A stretch of DNA of 64,000 nucleotides. Source: Phormidesmis sp. (GTDB lineage Bacteria; Cyanobacteriota; Cyanobacteriia; Leptolyngbyales; Leptolyngbyaceae). The stretch is from positions 1,472,001-1,536,000 of the forward strand of contig CBDFJR010000005.1 of the NCBI GenBank assembly GCA_965248535.1, given 5' to 3'. The notes under the pieces are model-generated. The model saw nothing but the letters and a program-made list of their open reading frames with translations. It had not been told where the DNA came from and did no database searches. The stretch's first letter is position 1. Every line of letters begins with the position of its first letter. Positions 51,011 to 60,570 of this stretch are shown here, piece by piece. Made by a program: the position numbers and the translations under genes.

Positions 51011-52027
51011 TTACTCCACTGTTGCCGTTGCTTTCTTTCCACCTTTCTTGCCTTTCTCAGCAGATTTAAAAATGTGTTTCTGAGCATAGGCGCTGGATTC
51101 AGTATTCGCTTGAGTCAAAAGCTCTGTGAGCTTAACTTCATCACCTGTAACCTGTTTCACTTCAGCCAACAAAGGTTCAAAATCATCTCCCAACAAAGCC
51201 GAGAAAGGAATATACTCTTTGTCCATTAAAGCTTTCATTGCTTCCTGTGCTGCTTTCAAAACATCATCTTCATTGAGTGGATCGGGAAGTTGAATTTGCT
51301 GACGTTCCATCAACAGATCATAGATTTTTTGAGTCCAGCGTAAATTGCTGACAATCTCACCATCCGCAAAAATCACGCCAACCAACTCATTCCGAACCCG
51401 ACCTGTCCGAGTGGTCTGTGCTCCATAGTGGCGAGTTCTCAGGATGTTGTTAAACACGTATAGAAAACCTGCTTCAGTTGGATCTTTGAGAGTAACAATG
51501 CTGGGAAAGAAGGTTTGAGGCAGAATATGATCTTGGCTGTTAATGCGGCTAGTGACTTCTCCATTCCGGCTCATCGTGCCATTCTCAAAGGGTGCATTGA
51601 GCGTAAAGTTCAGGTGAGAATCATCGAAAGGTGTAATCGAATAGGCAGTATCGACCACAACTTTGGATTTCTCAGAACCAGAATCGCCGATCGCAAACCC
51701 ATAAAGAATGCAATCAGGAGTCGTCTTGCTAAAATCAACGTTGTAATCACACTTTTCCCAGTCACCAATCTTGTAATTGCGAAGCAGTTCGCGACCTGTT
51801 AAACGCTCAGGTGTGGATTGCTTGCGCTTGAACATGGCAAGGCGGCTGATGGCTTCCGAATGCGTCACCCCGGCGCGTACTCGTGCTTTATTGAGTTCGC
51901 CATCGGTTTGAAACAAGGGGTAGGATTCAGTAATGCGAATCGTGATGAAGTGAGCATACTTGCCCATTGGTTTAGCAGGGATTTCGGTGTGAAAATGCTT
52001 CGCGTCAACAGCTTTCAAAAATTGCAT
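51011..52027 (-). CDS. cas7d: Type I-D Cas7/Csc2
   Basis: FKRKQSTPERLTGRELLR, PDCILYGFA and YGAQTTRTG motifs. Confidence 0.93.
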   Translation of the reverse strand: MQFLKAVDAKHFHTEIPAKPMGKYAHFITIRITESYPLFQTDGELNKARVRAGVTHSEAISRLAMFKRKQSTPERLTGRELLRNYKIGDWEKCDYNVDFSKTTPDCILYGFAIGDSGSEKSKVVVDTAYSITPFDDSHLNFTLNAPFENGTMSRNGEVTSRINSQDHILPQTFFPSIVTLKDPTEAGFLYVFNNILRTRHYGAQTTRTGRVRNELVGVIFADGEIVSNLRWTQKIYDLLMERQQIQLPDPLNEDDVLKAAQEAMKALMDKEYIPFSALLGDDFEPLLAEVKQVTGDEVKLTELLTQANTESSAYAQKHIFKSAEKGKKGGKKATATVE

Positions 52028-52069
52028 GATGGTTTCCTTAATGGTTAGCTTTTAGAGTGTGACAAGGAC

Positions 52070-52564
52070 TTAAGCAACGTCAGCTTCTGCATCCGGCAGG
52101 TCTTCCGGTTCAGGCACTGAAATAGCTTTTCTGGCTTCATCGTCTTCCAAGCGATAGAGATAGTCGCAGGTGTCTCGAATCAGATTGAGTTGAGCGCCTG
52201 CAAGACGGGCACGATCGCCCTTAAAAGTCTCCTTAAACAAGTCTTTGACAAAGAATGTGGCAAATTCATAAATGGCTTGGCGTTCTTCTTCTGACGTTAA
52301 GGCGGGCTTCCACTTACCCTCCACCAACACTAGAGTCGGTTTACCCTCAGCCGTTCTGCGGCGGACATTGGTCATCAACTTAGCAATGCGTGCGGCTACC
52401 ACATCTGTCATTGCTTGTTCATCAGGAACCAGCGCTTTGTCCGTTTTTAGCAGCACATCAGCCGCTTCATCGATCGGCTTCAAAACAGCATTTGGTTTAG
52501 CATATTGACTCTTTGCCCGATAAAAGCGGCGGTAGAGTCGAGTCAATTCACGCAGTTGATTCAT
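52070..52564 (-). CDS. cas11d: Cas11d small subunit from an internal in-frame start in cas10d (164 aa)
   Basis: AGAAGGA ribosome-binding-like sequence just upstream of an internal ATG (PEGKP-MNQLRELTRLYRRFYRA); internal Cas11d translation is established for type I-D. Confidence 0.8.
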   Translation of the reverse strand: MNQLRELTRLYRRFYRAKSQYAKPNAVLKPIDEAADVLLKTDKALVPDEQAMTDVVAARIAKLMTNVRRRTAEGKPTLVLVEGKWKPALTSEEERQAIYEFATFFVKDLFKETFKGDRARLAGAQLNLIRDTCDYLYRLEDDEARKAISVPEPEDLPDAEADVA

Positions 52565-55354
52565 GGGTTTTCCTTCTGGATCAAAACAGGAGTAGAAATA
52601 TTGGTAGAGTTTGATTTTCTCGATCGGCGCACTATCCCAATCCAATTTGCGAATCAGTTTAGTTAGGTAGTGAAAAACATAGAGGGGACTGGTTTCCAGA
52701 TCTCTGGCGAGGGCAGCGAGTTTGCCCCAATCGGGATCACCATCTTTTTTGCGGTTTACCTCCAAATGGATGCAGTAAGCTGCACTGAGAGCATTAAGTG
52801 AAGAAAACACCTTGGCACGGGGAAGGATGGCATCCAGTCGAAAGGTGTCCTGTTTGATCAGGGTAGCGATCGCCTGATGTTCACCATCCAAAATGGTCGT
52901 CTGCTCAAAGTCAGCCCCACTGATGAACGGTGGCACTGGAGACTCAGAGGCAACAACCTTGACATCCAAAATCAACGGCAATGCTAAGGCTAACCAAGCA
53001 GGCATCACCCAAGATTCTGTATCAGTAGCATCCCTTCCAGGTGGTAACGCCATGAAGAAGAATGTCAATGGCTCATTGGGATAGTTGAGCTTGAAAGTTT
53101 GGTCTTTTTCTGATTCTTCTTGAAGTAGCAGAGAATCGACTCGCTGATAGTTCTCAATGTTGAATTGAGCAACCTGCTTGTCACTAACTAGATGCTTACG
53201 AATATCTGCATCAAACCTTGTGCGCCGAATCCAGGAATAGGCTTTCTGTAGGAAGTTGTTGGTTTCAGGGGTGAAGAAGTAAGCAGGATAAAGATATAGA
53301 TAGCGGTATTTTCGTCCTTCAAAGTCACCACCTGTGGCATTAGTCTGATTCATCAGAATTTGGCGCAGCATGATTTCGACTGACCAGATGGCGCAAATTT
53401 GCCGTTTTGCTGCTTGAGCATTGAAAAGAATCTGGCGATTGCTATAGACCTGCGGTGCAAATAGCGTGGCAGATTCCATTTGCTCGGTTACAGCATAGGA
53501 AGAACTCGACATCGCACAGACATTTTCACGTCCACGACCCGTGATCTTGGCGGCTTGGTAGCGACTCAGTTCTAGTAAAAAGGGGTCGGTTTCTGGTGGA
53601 GTCACAGCACCCGTTGGCAACGAAACAACGCGCTGAACATAGGTGCGTAAGTCGCTCCAGCCATCGGGTAAGGCAAACTCTTGCACGATCGGCATAACCA
53701 TCCCCGCCGCATGGTGAGCAAGGGTAGTCATCACCTCTCGCACTTCTTGGTCGGAGATGTGAGAATTGTGCTGAATATATTTAGCAGAGAGATAGTACCA
53801 ATCCAGGGGTACACCACCTGTTTTTTTGAGCATTTGAATCGCTCGAATAGCAGGAATTTCATGAACTAAACCTAAATGTTCGGCGAGTTTTTGAGTAAGC
53901 TCTAAGTCAGGTAGAGTCTTGCGTTCTGATTTTGGCTGTTGTTTTTGCCATTCGTTAAAGCGATCGCACCAACCGCGCCAAATTCCCCGACACAACGTAT
54001 CACCAAATTCTGCAAGGCGATCGATCCGATAATCATCACCAAATTCAACCGAGATATGATCGGAAAGTTCACCTTCAGCTTTAAAGTTGGCTAAACTTGC
54101 ACTCCGCTTGGCAGCCGAAGAAATTTTCGTAGATGGAATAATGCGACAAGCAGCCAGTTTTGCCACATCCATCAGGTCAGCAATATCAAAAAACAACCAA
54201 TAGTAGTCAGCAAATTTTAAGCCTTTGCCATCTCGTCCAAACCCAGTCTGTCGTTGTTTAAGCTGGTCGCCACAAAGAGCTTTGATTTTGTGAATGACTT
54301 GTTCGGGTATCTGTTCAATGTTGGCGATCGCGGGTGCATCCGCTTTAGCAAGATACACTGCACCGTCTGGTAGATATAGTAGTGGCGTGTAAAAATCCTT
54401 GGGATGCACATCCATCAAGGCATTATTCAGAATATTGGTTAGTACGCCTCGATTATCAGACAGAGCATGATAGCTAAACTTTAAATGTCCATTGCTCAAG
54501 TCTTGGAGGAGACTGGTGAGATTGTTCGTCTCAATGTCAGACGGACGTTTAATGACCGATGCAAATAGATCAGAGAGCTTCACCAGTCGAATCAAAATCC
54601 CCTGAACTCGCTCATCAATTTGACACTGTAAACCGCGTTGCTTCAGCCCCAAGTCGGCATCATATTTTTCGCCTGCATTATTGCTAATCCAGATGATGTC
54701 ATCTACATAAGATTGCCAATCATCACCAATTAAAGTGTGCAGTCCCAAATCTTGAATCTTTTGAATGACGTATTCACGTCCAAGATTAGGTGCCTCTGAT
54801 TTATGGGGTGGATCTTTGCGCCAATTGCGATCGCGAAACTTTCCTTCCACATCATTCTCGGTTAGCCAAACCGGATAGTCAGGAAACTTATCATAGTCGT
54901 GTAGAATATAAGCAGCAATGTAAATGGCGGCTTCTAAGTCCTCGCACAGGCGCTTGACCTGATTGGTGGTTTCTAGAGTTTGCAACACTCGAAAAATGCG
55001 ATAGGTGGGAAATAGCCCGTTAAGCAAGTGCGAGGTGAAAGACTGATCTTCTTTGCTGCGTTCAACATTCTTTCCCTCGGCTCGTCGGTCTTCGGTAAAC
55101 TGTCCGCCTTTGGCAGTTGCCCCCACAAGCTGATGCATTAGATTGGGTAAGACATATTCAGCAAACAATGCCAGAAGTGTGTCGTTCTGATTGCCGTCGG
55201 TTTCTCGAATAGCTTGTTTGAGTAGCTTAATTGTCAATAGTTCTGGCTTTTTGGGAGATTCTTCATCCTCTCTGCCAGCGTTGAAATCTAAAACTGGTAA
55301 GTCATCATTACTGAGTAAAGATAATTGTTTGTCAGACATCAGGAATTCCTCCAA
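52070..55354 (-). CDS. cas10d: Type I-D large subunit Cas10d/Csc3 with N-terminal HD nuclease
   Basis: DQSFTSHLLNG and LHDYDK HD motifs; GFGRDGKGLK; position in the operon. Confidence 0.94.
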   Translation of the reverse strand: MEEFLMSDKQLSLLSNDDLPVLDFNAGREDEESPKKPELLTIKLLKQAIRETDGNQNDTLLALFAEYVLPNLMHQLVGATAKGGQFTEDRRAEGKNVERSKEDQSFTSHLLNGLFPTYRIFRVLQTLETTNQVKRLCEDLEAAIYIAAYILHDYDKFPDYPVWLTENDVEGKFRDRNWRKDPPHKSEAPNLGREYVIQKIQDLGLHTLIGDDWQSYVDDIIWISNNAGEKYDADLGLKQRGLQCQIDERVQGILIRLVKLSDLFASVIKRPSDIETNNLTSLLQDLSNGHLKFSYHALSDNRGVLTNILNNALMDVHPKDFYTPLLYLPDGAVYLAKADAPAIANIEQIPEQVIHKIKALCGDQLKQRQTGFGRDGKGLKFADYYWLFFDIADLMDVAKLAACRIIPSTKISSAAKRSASLANFKAEGELSDHISVEFGDDYRIDRLAEFGDTLCRGIWRGWCDRFNEWQKQQPKSERKTLPDLELTQKLAEHLGLVHEIPAIRAIQMLKKTGGVPLDWYYLSAKYIQHNSHISDQEVREVMTTLAHHAAGMVMPIVQEFALPDGWSDLRTYVQRVVSLPTGAVTPPETDPFLLELSRYQAAKITGRGRENVCAMSSSSYAVTEQMESATLFAPQVYSNRQILFNAQAAKRQICAIWSVEIMLRQILMNQTNATGGDFEGRKYRYLYLYPAYFFTPETNNFLQKAYSWIRRTRFDADIRKHLVSDKQVAQFNIENYQRVDSLLLQEESEKDQTFKLNYPNEPLTFFFMALPPGRDATDTESWVMPAWLALALPLILDVKVVASESPVPPFISGADFEQTTILDGEHQAIATLIKQDTFRLDAILPRAKVFSSLNALSAAYCIHLEVNRKKDGDPDWGKLAALARDLETSPLYVFHYLTKLIRKLDWDSAPIEKIKLYQYFYSCFDPEGKPMNQLRELTRLYRRFYRAKSQYAKPNAVLKPIDEAADVLLKTDKALVPDEQAMTDVVAARIAKLMTNVRRRTAEGKPTLVLVEGKWKPALTSEEERQAIYEFATFFVKDLFKETFKGDRARLAGAQLNLIRDTCDYLYRLEDDEARKAISVPEPEDLPDAEADVA

Positions 55355-55376
55355 ATTCTGTAAAGCTCATTCACGG

Positions 55377-55754
55377 TCACTCTTCCTCCTTTTCAATCGG
55401 CTGATACTCCTGGATATTGTTGGATTGGATCACCCATAATTTGCCAGTAATAGTTGCTGACTCCAGTCCTAGAATCAGCGTGTCGATCGCTGCATACCAA
55501 TCTGCTAGTTGAACTAGAGATGGCAAACGAATTACGGCAATACCAGAATAGTTTGCTGGGTTATATCGTCCCCGATTGCTAAAGTCACGATCGGCAGTAA
55601 CTAGACAACGCTCTTCTTGATGACAAATCTCAATCAACGCTGTATCCGGTGCTGACATCAGATTTTGTTGTGGGACGGTGGCAACGTCATACCCTGCTGA
55701 TCGAAACCGGGACAGGATTCGCAAGTCTACATTTTCATCAAGCTTGAACTTCAT
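55377..55754 (-). CDS. DUF5615 PIN-like putative toxin
   Basis: MKFKLDENV, APD and LVTADRDF motifs; ATGA overlap with the upstream gene. Confidence 0.88.
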   Translation of the reverse strand: MKFKLDENVDLRILSRFRSAGYDVATVPQQNLMSAPDTALIEICHQEERCLVTADRDFSNRGRYNPANYSGIAVIRLPSLVQLADWYAAIDTLILGLESATITGKLWVIQSNNIQEYQPIEKEEE

Positions 55755-56011
55755 GAAGCGGTTTCCTTGGGGCGATCGAGAGGAATTTCTGCCCAACCGC
55801 CCCGCGCCATTTCTGCACCATAGGCAATGCAGGCAAGAATATCTTCTCGTTCAATGCTGGGGTATGCCTCTAGCAAGCCTGCGATCGTTTCACCCGCTGC
55901 CAAATAATCTAAAATCAATGCGACCCAAATGCGATGTCCCCGAATGCAGGGCTTGCCAAAGCAAATGTTTGGGTCGATCGAAATACGAGATAGTAAAGCA
56001 TCGTGAGTCAT
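55751..56011 (-). CDS. DUF433 putative antitoxin
   Basis: RISIDPNICFGKPCIRGHRI and YPSIEREDILACIAY motifs. Confidence 0.92.
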   Translation of the reverse strand: MTHDALLSRISIDPNICFGKPCIRGHRIWVALILDYLAAGETIAGLLEAYPSIEREDILACIAYGAEMARGGWAEIPLDRPKETAS

Positions 56012-56103
56012 AAGTTGATTTCTTCAGTTGCAGCTTTGTCTGAATTCTTTCAGCATATCGGTTGAGCTTTTACTTTGGCAGAGTACCCGAAAGAACCAAA
56101 TCC

Positions 56104-58221
56104 TCAACAAATCCATCCTTCATCTTCTTTAGGTTTCCATCGCCACGTTAGGGTTTCTAGCAGTAAGGCAGATTGCCCAAACGCGATCGTGTAGGGAGGG
56201 CTGCGATCGTCAGGGCGGTCACTCAATCCATACGCCTGAAACTGCATGGGCAAGCCTAGTTTTGCGCGTAGGTCATCTCGGCGGCGGTCTGAGATGTAGC
56301 AAACCAGTCCGCGACGATAGAGCGCTTTGCTAATCGCATTCTCTCCTGCCGTAACTTCCAAGCCCTTCAAGATCTGTACCTTCCCCGATCGTGCTAGTTC
56401 CCCGACATTGCCAGCATGATAGAAATGCCAGTTTTCGCGCACGTCTCGATAGTCCTTCAGCACCAAATAACACAGAGCCTCCTGAAAGCGTTTGGTCGGC
56501 AATCCGGCTTTCTTAACCTTTGCTAAAAACTCCTCCTTCTCCATCAGGTCGAATATGAAATTACTCAGCAAGCCCGGTAGGCTGTAGGTCTTGAATCTGT
56601 CTCTTTCTGGTTCATCACGATTTGTGACATCGTAAATCGCGCAGTCTATTTGACTGCTCCCTCGAAAAAATCGAGCTTCGTCTAAGATGGCGTGCTGCTT
56701 TTCCTTAATGCAGTGATAAACCTGACCATGCCGCTGTCGCATTGAGAATCCAAAGGCTGCTTCGGTATCTGCTTTGAAACCCTCTGCTGCATCAGGATAA
56801 ATCTCTTTCATGCGAGGCGAATGTAGCTCATTCCAAGCAGAAAAAGACTGAATCGTGCCCCAGCGCTTGGGATATCCCTCAAACTGATTGATAAATAGCC
56901 AAGATTTATGGACAGTGTTGTTGAAAGTAACGCGATCGTACTCCAGCCCATCTTGTAAAGGTGCCGCCTGACCATCTTTCCCAGTAAACAGCCGCGCCAC
57001 CAAGTAGTTAGGAATCAGCGCATAAGCTCGATACACCGGGAATCCCTCGTGCCGTCCCAACCGACCAAACCGTTGAATAAAATTTCCACCATCTGCTGCT
57101 TCAAAAACCAAGAAATTAATCTTGAAATCTACCCCGACATCGATCGTCGAAGTGCCAATCAGCAAATCTGCATCAGAAATTGATCGTGTTCGTTCACTTT
57201 CTCCTGTCAAACTTGTATTAGACAATGCCTCTAAGCCATGTTGAGCAAATAGTGGTTTCAACTTAGCCGAGAGTTTGTAGACTGCTGCGATCGAATTGAG
57301 AATAATTGCACCCTTGCTGCCAGGATGGTCTAGAAAAAACTTCAGAATCACTGATTCAGCATTCTCAACAATCCAGTCATAGCTCGATCGCACATTAGGT
57401 TCCAAGTTATCCGGGAATGTTAATGCGATCGGCTGGCTAATCGGTCTCCATCCCGGCTGATCACTGGCAGCAAATCGATAGGCACCATGCTCAACTGGAT
57501 TAATAATGCGGTATCTCAATCCTGCTCGTGATAAAAACTCTTGCAGCAACTCACTTGGGGTTGCAGACAAAAAGAGAAACTTACGTGGAGTTGATGTGTG
57601 TTTAATCAACAGCATCGCATTCAAAACGCTGGCGATCTGCGGTGAGGAGAAAATATGAAACTCATCAAAGATAAACAATTTATAGTTATCGTCAATCTTC
57701 CTAAACAACTTGTCTGGATTGTCGCCTCGACTAGCCTTCCTAGGATCGCGTCGTAGATAGCGAAAATCATGAATGTAGTGAAAAATATCGGGGTTGGTCA
57801 GCAAAATCTCTGAGTTGTCAGCGCGATCGATAATTCCCTGTTGTTTAGAGGGTAATTGCCGTGTCTCTACGAAGTCTTCTAATGTTGCCCCCGTCAACCG
57901 ATAAATCTGCGGGTCATATTTAGGGTTGAATGCTGCCTTGTAGTTTTGCACCTGTCGCTCTTGATCCCGTGCTAACTCATTAGTTGGATACATCGCCAGC
58001 GTATAGGTTTTACCTGTCATTGCCTGGAGATAAGCTGCAAGGCTTTTGCCATCTCCAGTCATGGCTGTGTTAAAGACCACATCTAGGTTTGGGTCACCCA
58101 AAGCATTGAATGTTTCCGCCTGATGCCAAGACAGCGACCAGCCATCCGGCAAACTAATTTCCGATGGTGTTGAAACCGTTCGGGAGTAAACAGGCTTGAG
58201 TGTAATACTAAGTTCCGTCAT
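56104..58221 (-). CDS. cas3: Type I-D helicase Cas3' (no HD domain)
   Basis: TGDGKS, DEFH, SAT and QRFGRLGRH helicase motifs; start placed at MTELSI. Confidence 0.93.
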   Translation of the reverse strand: MTELSITLKPVYSRTVSTPSEISLPDGWSLSWHQAETFNALGDPNLDVVFNTAMTGDGKSLAAYLQAMTGKTYTLAMYPTNELARDQERQVQNYKAAFNPKYDPQIYRLTGATLEDFVETRQLPSKQQGIIDRADNSEILLTNPDIFHYIHDFRYLRRDPRKASRGDNPDKLFRKIDDNYKLFIFDEFHIFSSPQIASVLNAMLLIKHTSTPRKFLFLSATPSELLQEFLSRAGLRYRIINPVEHGAYRFAASDQPGWRPISQPIALTFPDNLEPNVRSSYDWIVENAESVILKFFLDHPGSKGAIILNSIAAVYKLSAKLKPLFAQHGLEALSNTSLTGESERTRSISDADLLIGTSTIDVGVDFKINFLVFEAADGGNFIQRFGRLGRHEGFPVYRAYALIPNYLVARLFTGKDGQAAPLQDGLEYDRVTFNNTVHKSWLFINQFEGYPKRWGTIQSFSAWNELHSPRMKEIYPDAAEGFKADTEAAFGFSMRQRHGQVYHCIKEKQHAILDEARFFRGSSQIDCAIYDVTNRDEPERDRFKTYSLPGLLSNFIFDLMEKEEFLAKVKKAGLPTKRFQEALCYLVLKDYRDVRENWHFYHAGNVGELARSGKVQILKGLEVTAGENAISKALYRRGLVCYISDRRRDDLRAKLGLPMQFQAYGLSDRPDDRSPPYTIAFGQSALLLETLTWRWKPKEDEGWIC

Positions 58222-58318
58222 CGTTTTAAGGTGTACGTGACTGGTTGCACTAAACCTATGATGACAGGCACAATAGAAACTGTCCAGGACAAAGTGAACG
58301 TACACTTTTGGAGTTCTT

Positions 58319-59182
58319 ATGGGTCGTCGGGGTCAATCAGTTACCTTATCAATCTCAGACCATGACAAGGCGCAGCTAGAGCAGATCGCTCAAGAACAAG
58401 GAATGCTCTGGGGTGATCGTCCTAACATTTCTCGCTTGGTCGAAGCGATCGCTCGTCGCGAACTGCTGATCGGTCGAAATAACGACTGGTCAGACACCCG
58501 TATTCGAGAGTTAAATCAGGCAATTCGAGTGCTGCATGACACAGGATATACGCAGATTGCCGAGACGATCGCCCATCTTTTACTCGAACGGGGCGAACTG
58601 TCTGATCCGACACGCCGGGATCTCGATCGCTATTTAGACAGACCGTTAGTTCCTTGGCGACAGGCGATCGATCGCTACATTCTTCAACAGCAGCCGTTCC
58701 AACTGGCTTATCGAGATGCGGCCGATCGTCCTTGGGTGTTCACGATTCGCTACGCCCAAGTCACCGCTCATGAACAGCGCCACTATTTAGACTGCTGGTG
58801 TGAACAATCTGAAGGGAATCAAGACATTTCAGAACTGGCGCACAACTGGTGCTTGAGGCTCGATCGCATTCCCGAAGCGGCTGTTACTCCGATCGGGGGT
58901 CAATGGCACCAAAGTTTAGACACAATTGAAGTCGAAATGAATATCTGTCGAGGGTTAGCCTTTGCTTACCAAGCCAAGCCAGAAGATAGTTCCAACGAGT
59001 GGCTAGCTAGCTCTTCAGAAGTGCGGCGAGTGGTGCGGCGAGTCACTTCTACGTTCTGGTTTTTTCGTGAGGTGTTTCGCTATGGGGAAGATTGCGAGGT
59101 GATTGCTCCGGGTGTGGTACGCGATCGCATTCGGCACAAAGTGCAGGCCCTGACAGAACTCTATCGTGAGCCGATTGAATAA
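58319..59182 (+). CDS. WYL-domain transcriptional regulator of the I-D locus
   Basis: N-terminal RHH-like MGRRGQSVTLS; YLDCWCE, HNWCLRLDRI and FWFFREVFRYG; divergent from cas3'. Confidence 0.9.
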   Translation: MGRRGQSVTLSISDHDKAQLEQIAQEQGMLWGDRPNISRLVEAIARRELLIGRNNDWSDTRIRELNQAIRVLHDTGYTQIAETIAHLLLERGELSDPTRRDLDRYLDRPLVPWRQAIDRYILQQQPFQLAYRDAADRPWVFTIRYAQVTAHEQRHYLDCWCEQSEGNQDISELAHNWCLRLDRIPEAAVTPIGGQWHQSLDTIEVEMNICRGLAFAYQAKPEDSSNEWLASSSEVRRVVRRVTSTFWFFREVFRYGEDCEVIAPGVVRDRIRHKVQALTELYREPIE

Positions 59183-59285
59183 ATTTTTTCTATAAAAATA
59201 CCGACCATACGACCAACAGCAAATTCTCAATTTTGGGGAACTTCAAACCAAAGAATAGGATTCAAAGTTCCCCAGTTTGGCGGGT

Positions 59286-60332
59286 TTAGAAGACGATCGT
59301 CCATCCCTGACGTTGAGCTTGTTGTTTGGTATAGGAAACACCGTCTACTTTCAGTCCCGCTTTGTTCAATAAGGTAATCAACCCACCATTGTTGCCCAGT
59401 TGCACTGTTGGCGAGAGCGTCACTAACAGCGTAGAACCCGCTTGCAGCGTCCCGGTTAGAGAGTGCTTGTTTTTGAATTGATTGGCGATCGTCCAGCCAG
59501 TCAAATCGATCGGTTTGGGAGAAGCATTGAGCAGGGTGACGGTTTCTTGCTCAACACCTGTGCCTTGAGGGTTGACTAGAGCAGCAACAATGCGAGCCAG
59601 TTTCTCTGGTTCTTCTGGGAGGGGTTGAGGCGGCAGATCAGGGCTGGGCTGTGGCGCTTTGGGATCGCTGGGGGCTTGGGTGGCGATCGCGTGTCCTGTG
59701 CGATCGTCGGTGTGCCACGCTTGGGATTGGAACTTGAGAAACACGGCAACCCAACGCTTCTCAGCAGGAAACTGAATCAACATTGCCCCATCTTGCCAGA
59801 TGCCATCATCGTTGGCGTGGCTGGGGTCGTTGCCTTGATTCATGTGGATGTCGTGAATCCCGTTGCCGGGCAAAAAGCCAAAATATTTGTCTTTCTTCTG
59901 GGCTTCTGGGCCCCATCGAGCACCAAAGGCATAAATCAACGCACTCTCATCTGACAAAGCACGTTGAACATATTTGTTGATTTTGTCGTTTAAATCGTTG
60001 TCTGGGCCGGGCAGCGAGGCCGGGAGAGCAACCATTTGAGCACGATCGAAGAAGTTTCCGCGAATGAAGTCGATGGCGAGTCCGCCGGGTTTGCGGTCTG
60101 GGAGCGGCTTGAAGCCTAGGGGCAACTGGTTTAGAGCATCTAACGTTGGGTAGGTGAAATTTTCGTTAACAAAGTAGAGCAAATCAGGCGGGCTGTCGCT
60201 GGACTTAACGTTGATTGCGATGCGATAGTCTGTGGTGTCGTCAACAATGCGAATCTGATAGTGGTCGTTTGCGCCCGCAGCAAATTTAACGCTAATGGGT
60301 CGCCCCTTCAATACGCCGTACTGTAGTGTCAT
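59286..60332 (-). CDS. DUF2278 (YukJ-like) protein with C-terminal lamin-tail-like domain
   Basis: YGVLKG, AINVKS, GIHDIHMNQG, DGIWQDG, FQSQ; then ALVNP..E.VTLLN...DLTGW. Confidence 0.85.
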   Translation of the reverse strand: MTLQYGVLKGRPISVKFAAGANDHYQIRIVDDTTDYRIAINVKSSDSPPDLLYFVNENFTYPTLDALNQLPLGFKPLPDRKPGGLAIDFIRGNFFDRAQMVALPASLPGPDNDLNDKINKYVQRALSDESALIYAFGARWGPEAQKKDKYFGFLPGNGIHDIHMNQGNDPSHANDDGIWQDGAMLIQFPAEKRWVAVFLKFQSQAWHTDDRTGHAIATQAPSDPKAPQPSPDLPPQPLPEEPEKLARIVAALVNPQGTGVEQETVTLLNASPKPIDLTGWTIANQFKNKHSLTGTLQAGSTLLVTLSPTVQLGNNGGLITLLNKAGLKVDGVSYTKQQAQRQGWTIVF

Positions 60333-60570
60333 AGTTTCCTCAGTTCTTGCGATCGAGTCTTTGATAGTGCCGAAGCACCTTAAACGTGTTGGCTTTCTGA
60401 CGGAGTTGTTGAGAGATAGATGACTTAGACTGCTGGCTTTGTTTATTCTGGTTTAGTCAGCAGGCAAAGAACATTCCCCGATCGGGTAACTTTGTTCAGA
60501 AGTCTACAGTATCGATGCTGTAGGTAATGCTCTGTCTAACAGAGGGTTAAATTCATGCCGCTCGATCGCG

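Noticed and set aside
47570..59182. CRISPR-associated transposon (I-D CAST)
   Set aside because: No tnsABC or tniQ in the window, and cas3', the HD domain and the adaptation genes are present.
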